This document shows positions 1 through 10,667 of a stretch of DNA of 64,000 nucleotides, piece by piece. Position numbers and translations under genes: made by a program. The stretch spans positions 561,988 through 625,987 of the forward strand of contig CAVTER010000015.1 of the NCBI GenBank assembly GCA_963733835.1, given 5' to 3'. Within the stretch, counting starts at the first letter, position 1. Every line of letters starts with the position of its first letter. Under the pieces are notes generated by a model that did not search any database, was not told the origin of the DNA, and saw only the letters and a program-made list of their open reading frames with translations. The DNA is from an uncultured Spirochaetota bacterium (lineage in GTDB: Bacteria > Spirochaetota > Spirochaetia > SZUA-6 > Fen-1364).

Positions 1-16
1 CTCATGCCGGTGCGCG

Positions 17-1072
17 CTACCAGGACAGGTTGTCCTCGACGACCTTGACCTCGGCCTTCTGGCGCAGGTCCTTGACGATCCCCTCCAGCGCACGGGTGAG
101 GGCGTCGCTCTGCGCCTGCCCGGTGAGGTTCTGGCGGATCAGCTCCTTCACCGTCACCTGCATGGTCGGCGGTACCTTCTCGTCGAATCCCAGGAGCTTG
201 GCGTCGAAGCGCTCGTCGACCCGCACGACGTGCAAGCCGATGCTCGACTGCAGCACGCCGCTGGTCTCGCCCTTCTTCAGGCGGAACACGGAGTCGATGA
301 AATCCTTGCCCAGCAGCTGCCGGCGCTGCTCGTCCACGCGGGAGATGTAGCCGTAGTCTCCCTGGCGGTACTTCGAGGCCTGGTCGTCGGAGTACTTCAG
401 CACGAGGTCCTCGAAGGCGGTCCCGCCGCGCAGCTCCTTCAGGATGTCGTCGGCCCGTCGCGCCGCCTTGTCCCTGTCGTCCTTGGCGGTCAGCGATCGG
501 GTGTCCACGAAGATGTGGCGGATCCTGAGGTAGTCGTCAATGAAGAAGTCCTTCTTGTTCGCGTCGTAGTAGGAACGCACCTGCTCCTCCGTGGGCGGCT
601 TCACGGCATCCAGCTCCGCCTTCTTCTTTGCGCGGGCGTAGCTGGTCAGCAGGATCTGGTACTTCATGTTCTTGATGTACTCGTCCCACGTCACGCCCGT
701 GCTCGCAACAAGCTGCCGCAGGTCGGCGTCCGACAGGTCCCGGCCCAGGCCGAGGGACTGGGCGGTGCTCTTCTTCATCTGGTCGACGCGCGCGTTCACC
801 TCCGCGTCGGAGACGACGATCTTGTCCCGCTCGGAGGCCTGCTCGATCAGGGCGCGGGCGATCAGGCCGTCCAGGACCATGCGCCTCTCGTCCTTCGACA
901 GGGCCCTGCGGGCCTGCGTCTCCAGGGGGTCGATCTGGCGGCGGAGCTGCAGCACCGTGATGACCTGCGGCCGGGTCAGGCGCACCGTCGCCACCGTCTT
1001 GTCGATGGGGTCTGCACCGGCCGCGGACACCGCCGCGGCCATGATGATGAGGGGGACGATGAGCCTTTTCAT
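17..1072 (-). CDS. SurA-like / PpiC-type peptidyl-prolyl cis-trans isomerase, secreted
   Basis: 351 aa ORF with an N-terminal signal peptide (MKRLIVPLIIMAAAVSAAGA). The SurA N-domain-like region is followed by a parvulin/PpiC-like domain (..GDYGYISRVD..). Confidence 0.6.
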   Translation of the reverse strand: MKRLIVPLIIMAAAVSAAGADPIDKTVATVRLTRPQVITVLQLRRQIDPLETQARRALSKDERRMVLDGLIARALIEQASERDKIVVSDAEVNARVDQMKKSTAQSLGLGRDLSDADLRQLVASTGVTWDEYIKNMKYQILLTSYARAKKKAELDAVKPPTEEQVRSYYDANKKDFFIDDYLRIRHIFVDTRSLTAKDDRDKAARRADDILKELRGGTAFEDLVLKYSDDQASKYRQGDYGYISRVDEQRRQLLGKDFIDSVFRLKKGETSGVLQSSIGLHVVRVDERFDAKLLGFDEKVPPTMQVTVKELIRQNLTGQAQSDALTRALEGIVKDLRQKAEVKVVEDNLSW

Positions 1073-1153
1073 GCGGATGTGCGCTCCTCTGCGCTCCCCG
1101 GGAGAGCGGCGGCGGGCCGCCCGCGCACGGGCGTTGTCAGTAAACTGAAGCGC

Positions 1154-1964
1154 TCAGGGATTGTCAAGGCACACGGCGCAGCCGATCCTTTCGGAGAGCT
1201 TTTTCACCCCCGGCAGCTTCCTGTCCAATTGTAGCCCCTTGCGCAGGTATTCCAAGGCCGCCTCACGGCGGCCCGCGGTCGCGTGAACCTCGGCGAGCTT
1301 CTTGTAGAAGAACGCGTTGTCCTTGCGGGAGAAATCCAGCCCTATCAGCTCCTCGAGGCAGGCGATGGCCGGGCCTGGCTCGAGGGCGGCGAGCATCCGG
1401 GTGCACAGCAGCGCGCGCAGCCTGTCCACGACTTCTTCCACGAAGTGTCGGAAGTAGGGGCGCTCCATCTCCCACCTGTACAGCTTCGTGTACAGCGCGT
1501 AGGCCTGGGCGAGGTCCCCGCGCGCCTCCATCTGCTCGGCGAGCAGGAACGCACAGTCCATGTAGTCTTCCCGGGACAGGTACCTTTCCAGTGGGAGTCC
1601 CCGCGCCCCGGTGAAGTCGCCGGTACAGCTCCAGGGCTTCGTCACGGTGATTCGTGAGCAGGTCGTGGAAGATGAGCGTGGCCTGGCTGGAGGGGTCGTT
1701 CGTCCGGGCGCGGAGAAACTCCCGGTAGTCGAAGCGGGGGCGCGTGTCCGCTCTGCCCATCGACCTGTCGTACTCGGCCCGCTTCTCCTGGTCGCCCAGC
1801 ACGCCGTACGCCGCCAGGAGCAGGCGCATCGCCTCCTGCGTGTGCGCGTCCTGGCTGCCCACGAGGTCCGGGTGCAGCTCCTTGGCCCGCCGCCGGAAGG
1901 TCCTGCGAATCTCCTCGGCCGTCGACCCCTGTCGGACTCCGAGAACCTCATAGTAGTTCGTCAT
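1154..1964 (-). CDS. J-domain (DnaJ-like) protein with a TPR-like C-terminus; apparent frameshift near 1620
   Basis: N-terminal J domain (YYEVLGV...HPD motif) in ORF 1263-1964. The coding-like helical C-terminus (ORF 1154-1951) continues in a second frame. Confidence 0.5.
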
Positions 1965-2035
1965 CGTCGGGTAATCCTGTGATGATAGTATCCCGACCCT
2001 TGCATGTCAAGGCGCAGGGGTGGTACGGTGGCCGC

Positions 2036-2812
2036 ATGCTCGGATTCGTGATCAAGAAGACATTCTTCGACATGTGGGACAACATGTTCCGCATCCTCCT
2101 GATGAACCTCGGTTTCCTTGCCGTGCTCGCCATCCTGTTCGTGCTGGCCCCGCTCGCCGGCCGGATCGTCCCCCTGGCAGCCGCCATCGCCGGGGTGGGC
2201 GTCGCCGCCCTCGCCGTCTACGCCGGTGCCGCCAGCCGCATGTGTGCCGACATGTCCGACTACAAGCAGCCCGGCGTCGCCGACTTCTGGACCTATCTCA
2301 AGGACAGCGCGCCCTCCAGCCTGCTCCTCGTCCTGAGCCTGGCTGTCTACGGGGGAGTCGTGTTCGTTGTCGACTTCCCGTTCTTCGCCAGCGTGAAGAG
2401 CTTCCCGGCCTGGCTCGCCTTCGCGCTCCTGTTCTGGGTCACCGTCGCCGTGGTCCTCGCCCTGCAGTACTTCTTCCCCGTCCGGGCCCGCCTCGACCGG
2501 AAGTTCCGCAAGGTCGTGAAGAAGTCGTTCCTCCTGCTTCTCGACAATCCCGGGCATACCCTTGCGCAGTTCCTGGGCGGCCTGCTCATCGTCGTGATAT
2601 CAGTGTTCACCGCCCTGCTGCTTCCCGGGCCGGCCACGCTGTTTCTCTGGTGGAACACCGCCTTCAAGCTGCGGATGTACAAGTACGACTGGCTGGAGAA
2701 GAACCCGGGCGCCGACCGGCGGAAGATCCCCTGGGATGCCCTGCTCGTGGAGGACCGGGAGCGGGTCGGAAAGCGATCGCTGAAGGGGATGATCTTCCCC
2801 TGGAAGGAATAG
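2036..2812 (+). CDS. Integral membrane protein, hypothetical
   Basis: ORF 1979-2812 with multiple hydrophobic helices. The first ATG (MLGFVIKK) is at 2036; the start is uncertain. Confidence 0.5.
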   Translation: MLGFVIKKTFFDMWDNMFRILLMNLGFLAVLAILFVLAPLAGRIVPLAAAIAGVGVAALAVYAGAASRMCADMSDYKQPGVADFWTYLKDSAPSSLLLVLSLAVYGGVVFVVDFPFFASVKSFPAWLAFALLFWVTVAVVLALQYFFPVRARLDRKFRKVVKKSFLLLLDNPGHTLAQFLGGLLIVVISVFTALLLPGPATLFLWWNTAFKLRMYKYDWLEKNPGADRRKIPWDALLVEDRERVGKRSLKGMIFPWKE

Positions 2813-2819
2813 CTGCCGT

Positions 2820-3233
2820 CTACGAGATGCGCAGCCGCCTGCCGATCTCCTCTGCCTCGGTGGGCGAGCGAAGGATGTCGGAGCTCCTGAGGAACATCCC
2901 CTCCCCCTCCATGCACTTCATCAGGGCTGCCAGGGACTTCGCGGCCCCGAAGGCGGCCTTCGACACGAAGGCGTAGCACTTGCGGCCCGCCACCGCGCCG
3001 GCGGCCGCGAGGAAAGGCCTCACCCCCTCGGGCAGCTTCCCCCCCAGTGGGCCTGACGGCTCCGCACCGATCGCCACGTACTGGTACATGGTGAGCTTCA
3101 CGCTGGTGTCCCTGGTCCCGTCGAACACGTCGACGATCGTGCCCTGCTTCTCGATGCCCTTCCCGAGCGCGCGGGAGAGCGCCATCATCCCGTCACGATT
3201 CCTGCCAGAGAAGAAGACTACCGCCACTCTCAT
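2820..3233 (-). CDS. Flavodoxin-like fold protein (hypothetical)
   Basis: 137 aa. The N-terminus MRVAVVFFSGRNRDGMMALSRALGKG resembles the flavodoxin/NADPH-dependent FMN reductase P-loop-like start. Confidence 0.4.
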   Translation of the reverse strand: MRVAVVFFSGRNRDGMMALSRALGKGIEKQGTIVDVFDGTRDTSVKLTMYQYVAIGAEPSGPLGGKLPEGVRPFLAAAGAVAGRKCYAFVSKAAFGAAKSLAALMKCMEGEGMFLRSSDILRSPTEAEEIGRRLRIS

Positions 3234-3919
3234 CGCGTTTCCTGCCTTCCGACTTGGTCTCCGTGAAAAGGTTCTGCAGAATGATGCGCGTCCGGCTCAC
3301 GCAGAAATACGCGGTGATCTGCGCGGGCATCGCGCCCCCCGCCCGCCCCGCCCCGCCCGCGGCCACCGCGCTCACCTCGGCGCGCTCCAGGCGCACTGTA
3401 GCATACCGGGGCCTTCCCTTTCTACTTTTGGCCACGGTGAGCTCCAGGAAGCGCTCGTCGGCAGGACGGAACAGCGGTATGCTCTCGTGCACGACGCTGT
3501 TCCTGATCCACCGGATCTCGTGCGCAAGGAGCAGGACCCGCCCCGAGTGCAGCGCCCCTTCCGCCTTTGCCAGCTCCAGCATGTCCACCAGCTCCAGGTC
3601 CAGGAGGTCGTGGCGGTCGGACAGCCACGCGCGGCGGCCGTTTCGGACAAACGCGAGGGGGCCGCGCAGACCCTGCAGCGACTCCAGCCTGTGGATCAAC
3701 GCCTGCTCGACCACCGTCCCCGCGAGGATGCACGCGCTTTCTGCGAAGCCGAGGTAGTACGCCTGGTGCATCTGGGCGAGGAGCAGCTTGACCCGGCCGC
3801 TGCCAGAGGCGGCGCCGATCGCGATGCGCTGGCAGTCGAGATGCGCCCTGCGGGAAGCGGCTTCGCGCAGGCGCCGCTCGTCGTAGCGGCGCTTGAGCGT
3901 CGCCAGGTGCTTCTCTGTA
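3193..3919 (-). CDS. Hypothetical protein with a HEPN-like R-x4-H motif (DUF4145/Swt1-like)
   Basis: Coding-like part of ORF 3193-4341, lying downstream of the divergent lipoprotein start at 3959. Motif LAHEIRWIRNSVVHES (IRxxRNxxxH). The start was taken as the GTG (VDGECTEK) and is uncertain. Confidence 0.35.
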
Positions 3920-3958
3920 CACTCCCCGTCCACCTCGGTAGTATAGGGTTCCCGGAAA

Positions 3959-5091
3959 ATGATGGTCAAGACAATCGCACTCCCCGTCGCCTGCGTGCTG
4001 GGTCTCTGCCTTGCCGGCTGCGCCGGCACCCGCAGGGGGCTTCCCGCGCGCGTGCAGTCCGCCGTCCTCGCGCCCGGCCGGCTCGCCGGCCCCGTCTCGC
4101 TGCTGCCCGCCGAGGGCGGCCCGTGGGCCGTTTTCTCCGACCGGGAAACCACGTCCCTTGCCCTCGCTCGGGTGCCGGACGGGCCTTTGCCCGCCTCCTT
4201 CCCGCCCGCGCGGCTCCTGGACAAGACCGACGCGGCCCCTCCCCTGTCGCCCATGTTCGGGGAGCATGCCGCGGCAGCCTCGGGCGCATCGGTCGCAGCC
4301 CTGTACCTGGACCGTGAGCGCGAAGACCACGTCGTGCTCAAGCTCGCCGGCCGGCCCGGGGGAATCCCCTGACTGGCGCCTGGATATCCTTGACCCCACG
4401 GGCCGCCCCGTCGCAGTCATCCCCCTGGCCGACGGGCGGTTCGGCTGCGTCTGGGCAACCTCATCCTCCCTGCTGTACAGGCCTCCCACGGGTCCCGACC
4501 AGGTTCTGCGCGCCGACGTCCAGCTTGAGGGGAGGAGCTGCTCGATCGATGCAGGCCGCGGCTTCACGGTGTTCGACCGGGTCTCGGCGAAGCTGCTGTG
4601 GTTCAGCCTGCACGGCGAGACTTTCGAGTCCGGAGAGATCGACGGCCCGGGGCCCATCCACGCCTCCGTTCTCCTCGCCGGGGGGAGCGGGCGGGACCGG
4701 ACCAGCCTCCGGGGGACGGCTCGCCGTCGCCTCGTACGACCCGGCATCGCGGCGGATGTTCCTGGACGAGCAGCAGGAGTCGGGGAGCTGGCAGCGCACG
4801 ACCGTGACCGTGTGCGACGGGACCACCTGGGTGTTCCTCGCGCCATGGGGAACGGGCTACCTGTTCCTCTATGACGAGGTGCGGCCCATGGGAGGAGGCA
4901 GGACGCTCCGCGAGCTCAGCCTGCTGGCCCCCGACGGTCCCCGCTACCGGCGGAAGGTCGTCTCCAGCGGGGAGGAGCCGCTCGGGGGTGCTGCCGCGAT
5001 CGCGGGGGACGGGGTCCTGACCGTCGCGGTGCTCCGCGGGAGCCTCGCCGTCCTGCGCATCGCGCCGCCCCCGCCCGCGGGCCGCAGGTGA
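3959..5091 (+). CDS. Lipoprotein, hypothetical; two apparent frameshifts (~4370 and ~4710)
   Basis: Signal peptide plus lipobox (LCLAGCAG). Coding-like sequence continues through ORFs 3959-4372, 4011-4874 and 4390-5091 in three frames. Confidence 0.45.
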
Positions 5092-5104
5092 GGCAGGGGC
5101 CTGC

Positions 5105-5587
5105 CTACAGCTTCCTGTAGCGGAAGTCGACGTCCGGGTCCTTGACGACGAGGATCGAGCAGCGGGAGTTCCTGAGTATGTCGCGGTGCTGCCTGCTCAG
5201 CGCATCGCGGAAGCTCTCCTTCTCCTCGAAGCCCCCGAGCAGGATGAGGTCGGCCTCGCAGTCCTGGGCAGCCTGGATGACCTCCGTGGCCACCGCGCCG
5301 CGGCGCAGGACCTTCTCCACGGCCACGCCCTTCTTCTGCGCCAGCTCCTCCACGTAGTTGAGGTAGCGCTGGCCGTTCTCCTCGAGGCTGGCCTCGTACT
5401 CCACGCTCTCGTCCTCGACGAAGATCTTCGAGATCAGAAGCTCGCGCAGCGTGGCGGTGTCGACGACGTAGACGGCCACGAGCCTGCAGCGGTACAGGCG
5501 GGCCATCGTGATCCCGTACTTTGCGGCGCCGATGGAGGCCTCCGACCCGCTCACCGCAACGACGACGGTCTGGAACAACGCTTTCAT
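5105..5587 (-). CDS. uspA: Universal stress protein (UspA family)
   Basis: 160 aa. Usp fold signature (…DLILLGG… and ATP-binding-like G-rich motif). Immediately downstream of V-ATPase D. Confidence 0.65.
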   Translation of the reverse strand: MKALFQTVVVAVSGSEASIGAAKYGITMARLYRCRLVAVYVVDTATLRELLISKIFVEDESVEYEASLEENGQRYLNYVEELAQKKGVAVEKVLRRGAVATEVIQAAQDCEADLILLGGFEEKESFRDALSRQHRDILRNSRCSILVVKDPDVDFRYRKL

Positions 5588-6213
5588 GCTCTTTCCCCCA
5601 GAAGGCGCGCCTTCAGGATCTTCTGCACGAAAAAGACCTCCCGCTCCCTCTCTTCCAGGACCCCCTCGATGAAAGCACGGATGTCCTCGACGTCGGGGAT
5701 CACGATCTTCTCGAGGGCGTTGACCCTGCGCTGGGTCTTGCGCACCTCCTTGGCCAGGCGCCAGACCATGGTGCGGATCTCGGCCATCCGCGCGATGAGC
5801 TTCAGCAGCTCGAAGAACTCGACCATCGTCGCGTCGCAGGTTCCCGATGTCCCCATGAAAGAGTACTTCAGCTCCATGCGGGGCACCTGCATGTCGATTG
5901 TCGGCAGCGGGATGCCCATGAGCCGTCCCTGCTTCTCCCGGACCGTGAACTCGAAGCGGATCCCCTCGCTGATCTCCGCGGCGGACTGCCGGCCCACCTG
6001 CACGATCATCCGCCGCAGCGACCCGTACGCCGTGGCCACCCGCCGGTCGAGGTCCCGTTCCAGCAGCTTCACCTGCTCGACCATGCGCATGAGCTCCATC
6101 ACGAGGATCTCCCGCTTCTGCTCCAGCAGGTCGAATCCCTCGCGCGCGATGGCCAGCTGCTCCTTGACGGCGAAAAGGGCCGACTTTGTCGGGGGAACGT
6201 CAGAGCGGGGCAT
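5584..6213 (-). CDS. atpD: V-type ATP synthase subunit D
   Basis: Coiled-coil D-subunit-like sequence (…LLEQKREILVMELMRM…). The start is set at the internal Met (MPRSDVPPTK) at 6213, 8 nt after the atpB stop. Confidence 0.8.
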   Translation of the reverse strand: MPRSDVPPTKSALFAVKEQLAIAREGFDLLEQKREILVMELMRMVEQVKLLERDLDRRVATAYGSLRRMIVQVGRQSAAEISEGIRFEFTVREKQGRLMGIPLPTIDMQVPRMELKYSFMGTSGTCDATMVEFFELLKLIARMAEIRTMVWRLAKEVRKTQRRVNALEKIVIPDVEDIRAFIEGVLEEREREVFFVQKILKARLLGERA

Positions 6214-6220
6214 GCCGCGC

Positions 6221-7621
6221 CTATGCTCCCCTGGCGCCCGCCGCACCGGCGCGGGGCAGGTACTTCTCTATCATCTCCTCGCGGATGCGGTACAGCTCGG
6301 GGCGGGGCAGCACCGTGAGGATCTTCCACCCCAGGTCGAGGGTCTGTTCGATGGTGCGGTTCTCTCTCTCCCCCTGGGCGAGGAACTCCCTCTCGAACCT
6401 GTCGCCGAACTTGAGGTAGCACTTGTCCAGGTCGGACAGCTCCTCCTCGCCGATCACGGCGGCAAGCGAGCGAATGCTCTTCACGCGCGAATAGCCCGCG
6501 AACAGCTGCGAGGCGAGCTCCTTGTGGTCGTCCCGGGTCATGCCTGGCCCGATCCCGTCCTTCATGAGCCGCGAGAGGGACGGCAGGCCAGCCACGGGCG
6601 GATAGATGCCCTTCTGGAACAGCTCCCGCTCCAAGACGATCTGGCCCTCCGTGATGTACCCCGACAGGTCCGGCACGGGGTGGGAGATGTCGTCGCTGGG
6701 CATCGTGAGGACGGGGATCTGGGTGATGGATCCCTTCGACCCCTCGATCTTGCCCGCCCGCTCGTACAGCGAGGCGAGGTCGGAGTACAGGTACCCGGGG
6801 TAGCCCTTGCGCGACGGGATCTCACCACGGATCGTCGACACCTCGCGCAGCGACTCACAGTAGTTGGTCATGTCCGTCATCACCACCAGGACGTGCATGT
6901 CGCACTGGAAGGCGAGGTACTCGGCCGCGGTGAGCGCGCAGCGCGGGGTGATCAGCCGCTCGATGGACGGGTCGTCGGCCAGCGAGAGGAACATGACGAC
7001 ATTGGCGAGGACGCCGCTCTCCTCGAAGGTGTCGATGAAGAACCGCGCCACGTCGTACTTCACGCCCATGGCCGCGAAGACCATGACGAACGGCTCCTGC
7101 GAGCCCAGGATCCGGGCCTGGCGGATGATCTGGGCAGCGAGCCGGTTGTGCGGAAGGCCGTTGCCCGAGAAGATGGGAAGCTTCTGCCCACGGATCAGCG
7201 TGTTCATCCCGTCGATGCACGACAGCCCCGTCTGGATGAAGTCGCGGGGATAGGTGCGCGCGTCGGGGTTGATGGGGATGCCGTTCACGTCCAGGCGCAG
7301 CGAGCTGAACGCCTCGGGAAACCCGTCGATGGGCTTGCCCAGGCCGTCGAAGATCCTGCCCAGCATGTCGCGCGACACGCGCATCTCCATCGGTGTGCCC
7401 CGGAACTCCACGGCCGAGGCGTCGCTGGACAGCCCCGTGTTCGTGCCGAAGATCTGCACGGCGACCGCCTGCTCGGAGATCTCGATGATCCTGCCGGACC
7501 TCTGCCCGCCGTCCCTGTCGCTCACGACGACGAGCTCTCCGAGGCCCACGTCCTCCGTGCGGGCCAGGACGACGATCGGGCCGTCGACCTTCGTGAGGCC
7601 CCTCCACTCCAGACCCTTCAT
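6221..7621 (-). CDS. atpB: V-type ATP synthase subunit B
   Basis: 466 aa non-catalytic B subunit with conserved blocks (GQKLPIFSG…, …[22 protein letters not shown]). Confidence 0.9.
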   Translation of the reverse strand: MKGLEWRGLTKVDGPIVVLARTEDVGLGELVVVSDRDGGQRSGRIIEISEQAVAVQIFGTNTGLSSDASAVEFRGTPMEMRVSRDMLGRIFDGLGKPIDGFPEAFSSLRLDVNGIPINPDARTYPRDFIQTGLSCIDGMNTLIRGQKLPIFSGNGLPHNRLAAQIIRQARILGSQEPFVMVFAAMGVKYDVARFFIDTFEESGVLANVVMFLSLADDPSIERLITPRCALTAAEYLAFQCDMHVLVVMTDMTNYCESLREVSTIRGEIPSRKGYPGYLYSDLASLYERAGKIEGSKGSITQIPVLTMPSDDISHPVPDLSGYITEGQIVLERELFQKGIYPPVAGLPSLSRLMKDGIGPGMTRDDHKELASQLFAGYSRVKSIRSLAAVIGEEELSDLDKCYLKFGDRFEREFLAQGERENRTIEQTLDLGWKILTVLPRPELYRIREEMIEKYLPRAGAAGARGA

Positions 7622-9390
7622 CGCTTGTAGCTCCTCTCGAGCTCGGCCATTTCCGTGCCCATGAGAGCGTCGATCGCGGCGAGGGACGCGAGGTCGTCAT
7701 TCTTCACTGCCGTCTTCGCGCGCACGATCCGCTCCCTGCAGGAGAGGTCGCGGATCTTCAGAAGCGGGGCCCCCATCTGGATAATGGAGAGGGAGCGCGC
7801 GTAGAAGTCCATTATCAGCTTGAGGATCCGCACCTGCTTGTCCGGCACGCTGAACATGTCCACCTCGTCGTACGCGTTCTGCTGGAGGAACCCGTTCTTT
7901 ATCATCTCCGCCACCAGCAGCACCAGGCGCTGGTTGTCCGGCAGGGCGTCCGGCCCGATCAGCTTCACGATCTGCGAGAGCCTCTGCTCTCTCTTCAGGA
8001 GTTCGATCGCGCTCTCGCGCGCTGCTGCCCAGTCAGGGTTCACCTTCTGCCACCAGCCCCGGATCTCCTCGGCGTACTCGCTGTAGGAGTCGATCCACGA
8101 GATGGCCGGGTAGTGGCGGGCGTTCGCAAGCTCCCTGTCCAGGGCCCAGAAGCAGCGGATGAAGCGCTTCGTGTGCTGCGTCACCGGCTCGGAGAAGTCG
8201 CCCCCGGGAGGAGAGACGGCGCCGATCACGGAGATCGAGCCGCGCCTGCCGCCCAGCGTCGTCACCCGGCCCGCCCGTTCGTAGAACTCCGCCAGCCGCG
8301 TGGGCAGGTAGGCCGGGAAGCCCTCGTCGGCAGGCATCTCCTCCAGCCGCCCCGACAGTTCGCGCAGCGCCTCCGCCCAGCGGGAGGTGGAGTCGGCCAT
8401 GATCGCCACGTCGTAGCCCATGTCCCGGTAGTACTCGGCCAGGGTGATGCCCGTGTAGATGGACACCTCGCGCGCGGCCACCGGCATGTTGGAGGTGTTG
8501 GCGATGAGGATCGTGCGCTCCATGAGCGACTTCCCCGTGCGGGGGTCCTGGATGCGGGGGAACTCGGTGAGCACGTCGGTCATCTCGTTGCCCCGCTCGC
8601 CGCAGCCGATGTAGACGATGATGTCCGCGTTGCACCACTTTGCCAGGGCCTGCTGCATCATCGTCTTTCCGGTCCCGAACCCGCCGGGGATGGCCGCCGT
8701 GCCGCCCCGCGACAGCGGGAAGAAGACATCGATCACCCGCTGGCCGGTGACCAGCGGCTCGTCCATGCTCAGCTTCTGGAGGTAGGGCCGCGGCTTTCGA
8801 ACGGGCCAGTGGTGCGACAGGGTCATGTCGGTGCCCCGGGCCGCGGCGCCCGCCCCGGCGAACCGCACGATCACCTCGGAGACCGTGTAGTCGCCCTCGG
8901 GGGCGACCCACTCGATCGTGGAGGAGGCCATCATGGGGAACGGCATCACCTTGTGCATGATGGTTGCCGATTCCCTCACCTCGCCGAGAATCGCGCCGGG
9001 TGCCGCCGTGTCACCCCGCTTGCACGAGGGGACAAAGTGCCACTTCTTTTCGAGGGGAATGGGCGGGATCTTGATCCCGGGGGCGATGAAGCCGCCGGAC
9101 ATCCTCTTGATCTCCTCCAGGGGCCTCTGGATGCCGTCGTAGATCTCGCCCAGCAGCCCCGGACCCAGGTGGACGGAGAGGGGCCGCTCGAGGGACACCG
9201 CGGTCTCGCCCACCCGCATGCCCGTGTTGTCTTCGTAAATCTGGATCGTCGCCAAATCGCCTTCGAGGCGGATGATCTCGCCGATCAACCGCTTCTCGCC
9301 GATCTCGACAACGTCGTACAGCCCGCTGCCCCCGAGGCCGCTCGCCTTGATGATGGGGCCGTTGATGCGGGTCACCTTGCCTTCGATCAT
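7618..9390 (-). CDS. atpA: V-type ATP synthase catalytic subunit A
   Basis: Walker A GGFGTGKT and the A-subunit insert. The start at [14 protein letters not shown] (9390) makes an ATGA overlap with atpB. Confidence 0.9.
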   Translation of the reverse strand: MIEGKVTRINGPIIKASGLGGSGLYDVVEIGEKRLIGEIIRLEGDLATIQIYEDNTGMRVGETAVSLERPLSVHLGPGLLGEIYDGIQRPLEEIKRMSGGFIAPGIKIPPIPLEKKWHFVPSCKRGDTAAPGAILGEVRESATIMHKVMPFPMMASSTIEWVAPEGDYTVSEVIVRFAGAGAAARGTDMTLSHHWPVRKPRPYLQKLSMDEPLVTGQRVIDVFFPLSRGGTAAIPGGFGTGKTMMQQALAKWCNADIIVYIGCGERGNEMTDVLTEFPRIQDPRTGKSLMERTILIANTSNMPVAAREVSIYTGITLAEYYRDMGYDVAIMADSTSRWAEALRELSGRLEEMPADEGFPAYLPTRLAEFYERAGRVTTLGGRRGSISVIGAVSPPGGDFSEPVTQHTKRFIRCFWALDRELANARHYPAISWIDSYSEYAEEIRGWWQKVNPDWAAARESAIELLKREQRLSQIVKLIGPDALPDNQRLVLLVAEMIKNGFLQQNAYDEVDMFSVPDKQVRILKLIMDFYARSLSIIQMGAPLLKIRDLSCRERIVRAKTAVKNDDLASLAAIDALMGTEMAELERSYKR

Positions 9391-9397
9391 GAGGCTC

Positions 9398-10027
9398 TCA
9401 CTGTCCCTTCCCGCCGCCCAGGAGCGCGGCGACGAGCTCCTCGCGCCGTTCCTCGAGCAGCCGCGCTGCAAGCTCGTCGAGAGTCGCGCGGCAGCGGATA
9501 CGGCCGTCGACTGTCGCCACGACAACGCCGCGCGAGGCTGCCCCCCCGAGGGGTCCAGGGCCCGCGGCATCCTCGTGCACGTCCTCGACAACAGCCCGGG
9601 GAAGTGCCGCCTCGACAATCCCGCGCGCGGCGCCGGCATCGATGCCCCGCCAGCCCACCGACACGCGCGCTTCCCCGAAGGCCTGTGCCGCCCTGGACAG
9701 CAGCGCGCCGAGTACCCGGGCCAGCTCCGCGGGGCTCAGCGCCGCGAACAGCTCGTCGAGCGCTCCGCGCAGTGCTTCCTCGGTCGCCGACAGGCGCGTG
9801 CGCATGAAGTCCAGCGGCAGCGAGGATTCCAGCTCCTGCCGCAGGCCGCGGACCTTCTCCTCCGCCTCTGCCGCGATGCGTCCGCCATCGTCGCGTCGCT
9901 TCGCCTCCCACTGGGCTGCGATCGACCGGGCGTCCTTCTCCGCGGCCTCGAGGATGCGGCTGGCCTTCCTGCGCGCGTCCTCCAGGATCTGCTGTTCCAG
10001 CGTTTCGCTGGTCTTCAGGATCTCCAC
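9398..10027 (-). CDS. atpE: V-type ATP synthase subunit E
   Basis: 209 aa charged coiled-coil N-terminus typical of subunit E. Confidence 0.7.
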   Translation of the reverse strand: MEILKTSETLEQQILEDARRKASRILEAAEKDARSIAAQWEAKRRDDGGRIAAEAEEKVRGLRQELESSLPLDFMRTRLSATEEALRGALDELFAALSPAELARVLGALLSRAAQAFGEARVSVGWRGIDAGAARGIVEAALPRAVVEDVHEDAAGPGPLGGAASRGVVVATVDGRIRCRATLDELAARLLEERREELVAALLGGGKGQ

Positions 10028-10039
10028 CTGCCCCCTCCC

Positions 10040-10345
10040 CTAGACGTGGACGCCCACCGCTTCGCGGATCGCGTCGACGAGGCCGCGCCTGTTCTCGAGG
10101 TGGCCCTCGATGCCGGGGATCTCGACGACCAGGGGGTAGGAGCCGCTGAGCTGCCACTCCATCACCAGGTCCGCGATCATCGCGGAAACCTGCTCCGTGA
10201 TGATCAGCACCCGGGCCGCCCCGGACGAGGTCGCCCGTCGGAAGGCCTCCTCGGCCTCGGGCTTCGAATACACGGCAGTGCCCGGCACGCCGACGAAACG
10301 GAAGCCGATGACCAGCTCCTCGTCGCCGATGACGGTGAACTCCAC
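10040..10345 (-). CDS. atpF: V-type ATP synthase subunit F
   Basis: 101 aa (MEFTVIGDEELVIGFRFVG…), typical F subunit. Confidence 0.75.
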   Translation of the reverse strand: MEFTVIGDEELVIGFRFVGVPGTAVYSKPEAEEAFRRATSSGAARVLIITEQVSAMIADLVMEWQLSGSYPLVVEIPGIEGHLENRRGLVDAIREAVGVHV

Positions 10346-10361
10346 GCGGGACTCCGCGGCC

Positions 10362-10667
10362 CTATGCCGCCGAGAGGATCATCAGCGCCACGATGAACCC
10401 CCAGAGGCAGATGCCCTCGGCCATGCCGACGAAGGGCAGCGCCTTCCCCGACAGCTCGGGGTTCTCGCTCATCGCGGCCATGGCCGCCGCGCCGATCTGG
10501 CCCACGGCGATGCCGCCGCCCAGCGTGGCAAGACCCACGGCGATCGCGGCGGCGATGTACTTGATCGTCGGCGCGGTGGCGGCCGCGGGTGCCGCGGCCT
10601 GGGCAAACAGGGCGGGAGCGGCGCATGCCACCAGCAGCGCCGCGGACAGGAACAGTCTCTTCTTCAC
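10362..10667 (-). CDS. atpK: V-type ATP synthase subunit K (proteolipid)
   Basis: About 101 aa, two hydrophobic helices with a Gly/Ala-rich motif (IAVGLATLGGGIAVGQIGAAA). GTG start with a GGGAGG RBS. Confidence 0.8.
   Translation of the reverse strand: MKKRLFLSAALLVACAAPALFAQAAAPAAATAPTIKYIAAAIAVGLATLGGGIAVGQIGAAAMAAMSENPELSGKALPFVGMAEGICLWGFIVALMILSAA

Noticed and set aside
1283-4846. Many overlapping 60-470 aa ORFs rich in R/P/G/A, for example 3422-4846 minus and 3567-3791 plus
   Set aside because: Low-complexity composition, no start context, and fully overlapped by better-supported genes. These are GC-skew artefacts.
5089-5104. GGCAGG-GGC-CTGCC hairpin between the convergent lipoprotein and uspA genes, considered as a terminator
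   Set aside because: Short stem and no flanking U-tract on either strand, so not convincing as an intrinsic terminator.
5186-7630. Very long plus-strand ORF (814 aa), and similar giants at 10589-12796, 12687-15776, 16510-19494 and 43817-47443 (1208 aa)
   Set aside because: They lie antisense to well-supported genes (V-ATPase, pgk/tpiA, ndh2), are extremely Arg/Pro/Gly/Ala-rich with no motifs, and are the expected stop-codon-poor shadow frames of a ~70% GC genome. Only the ApbE part of 43817-47443 is real.
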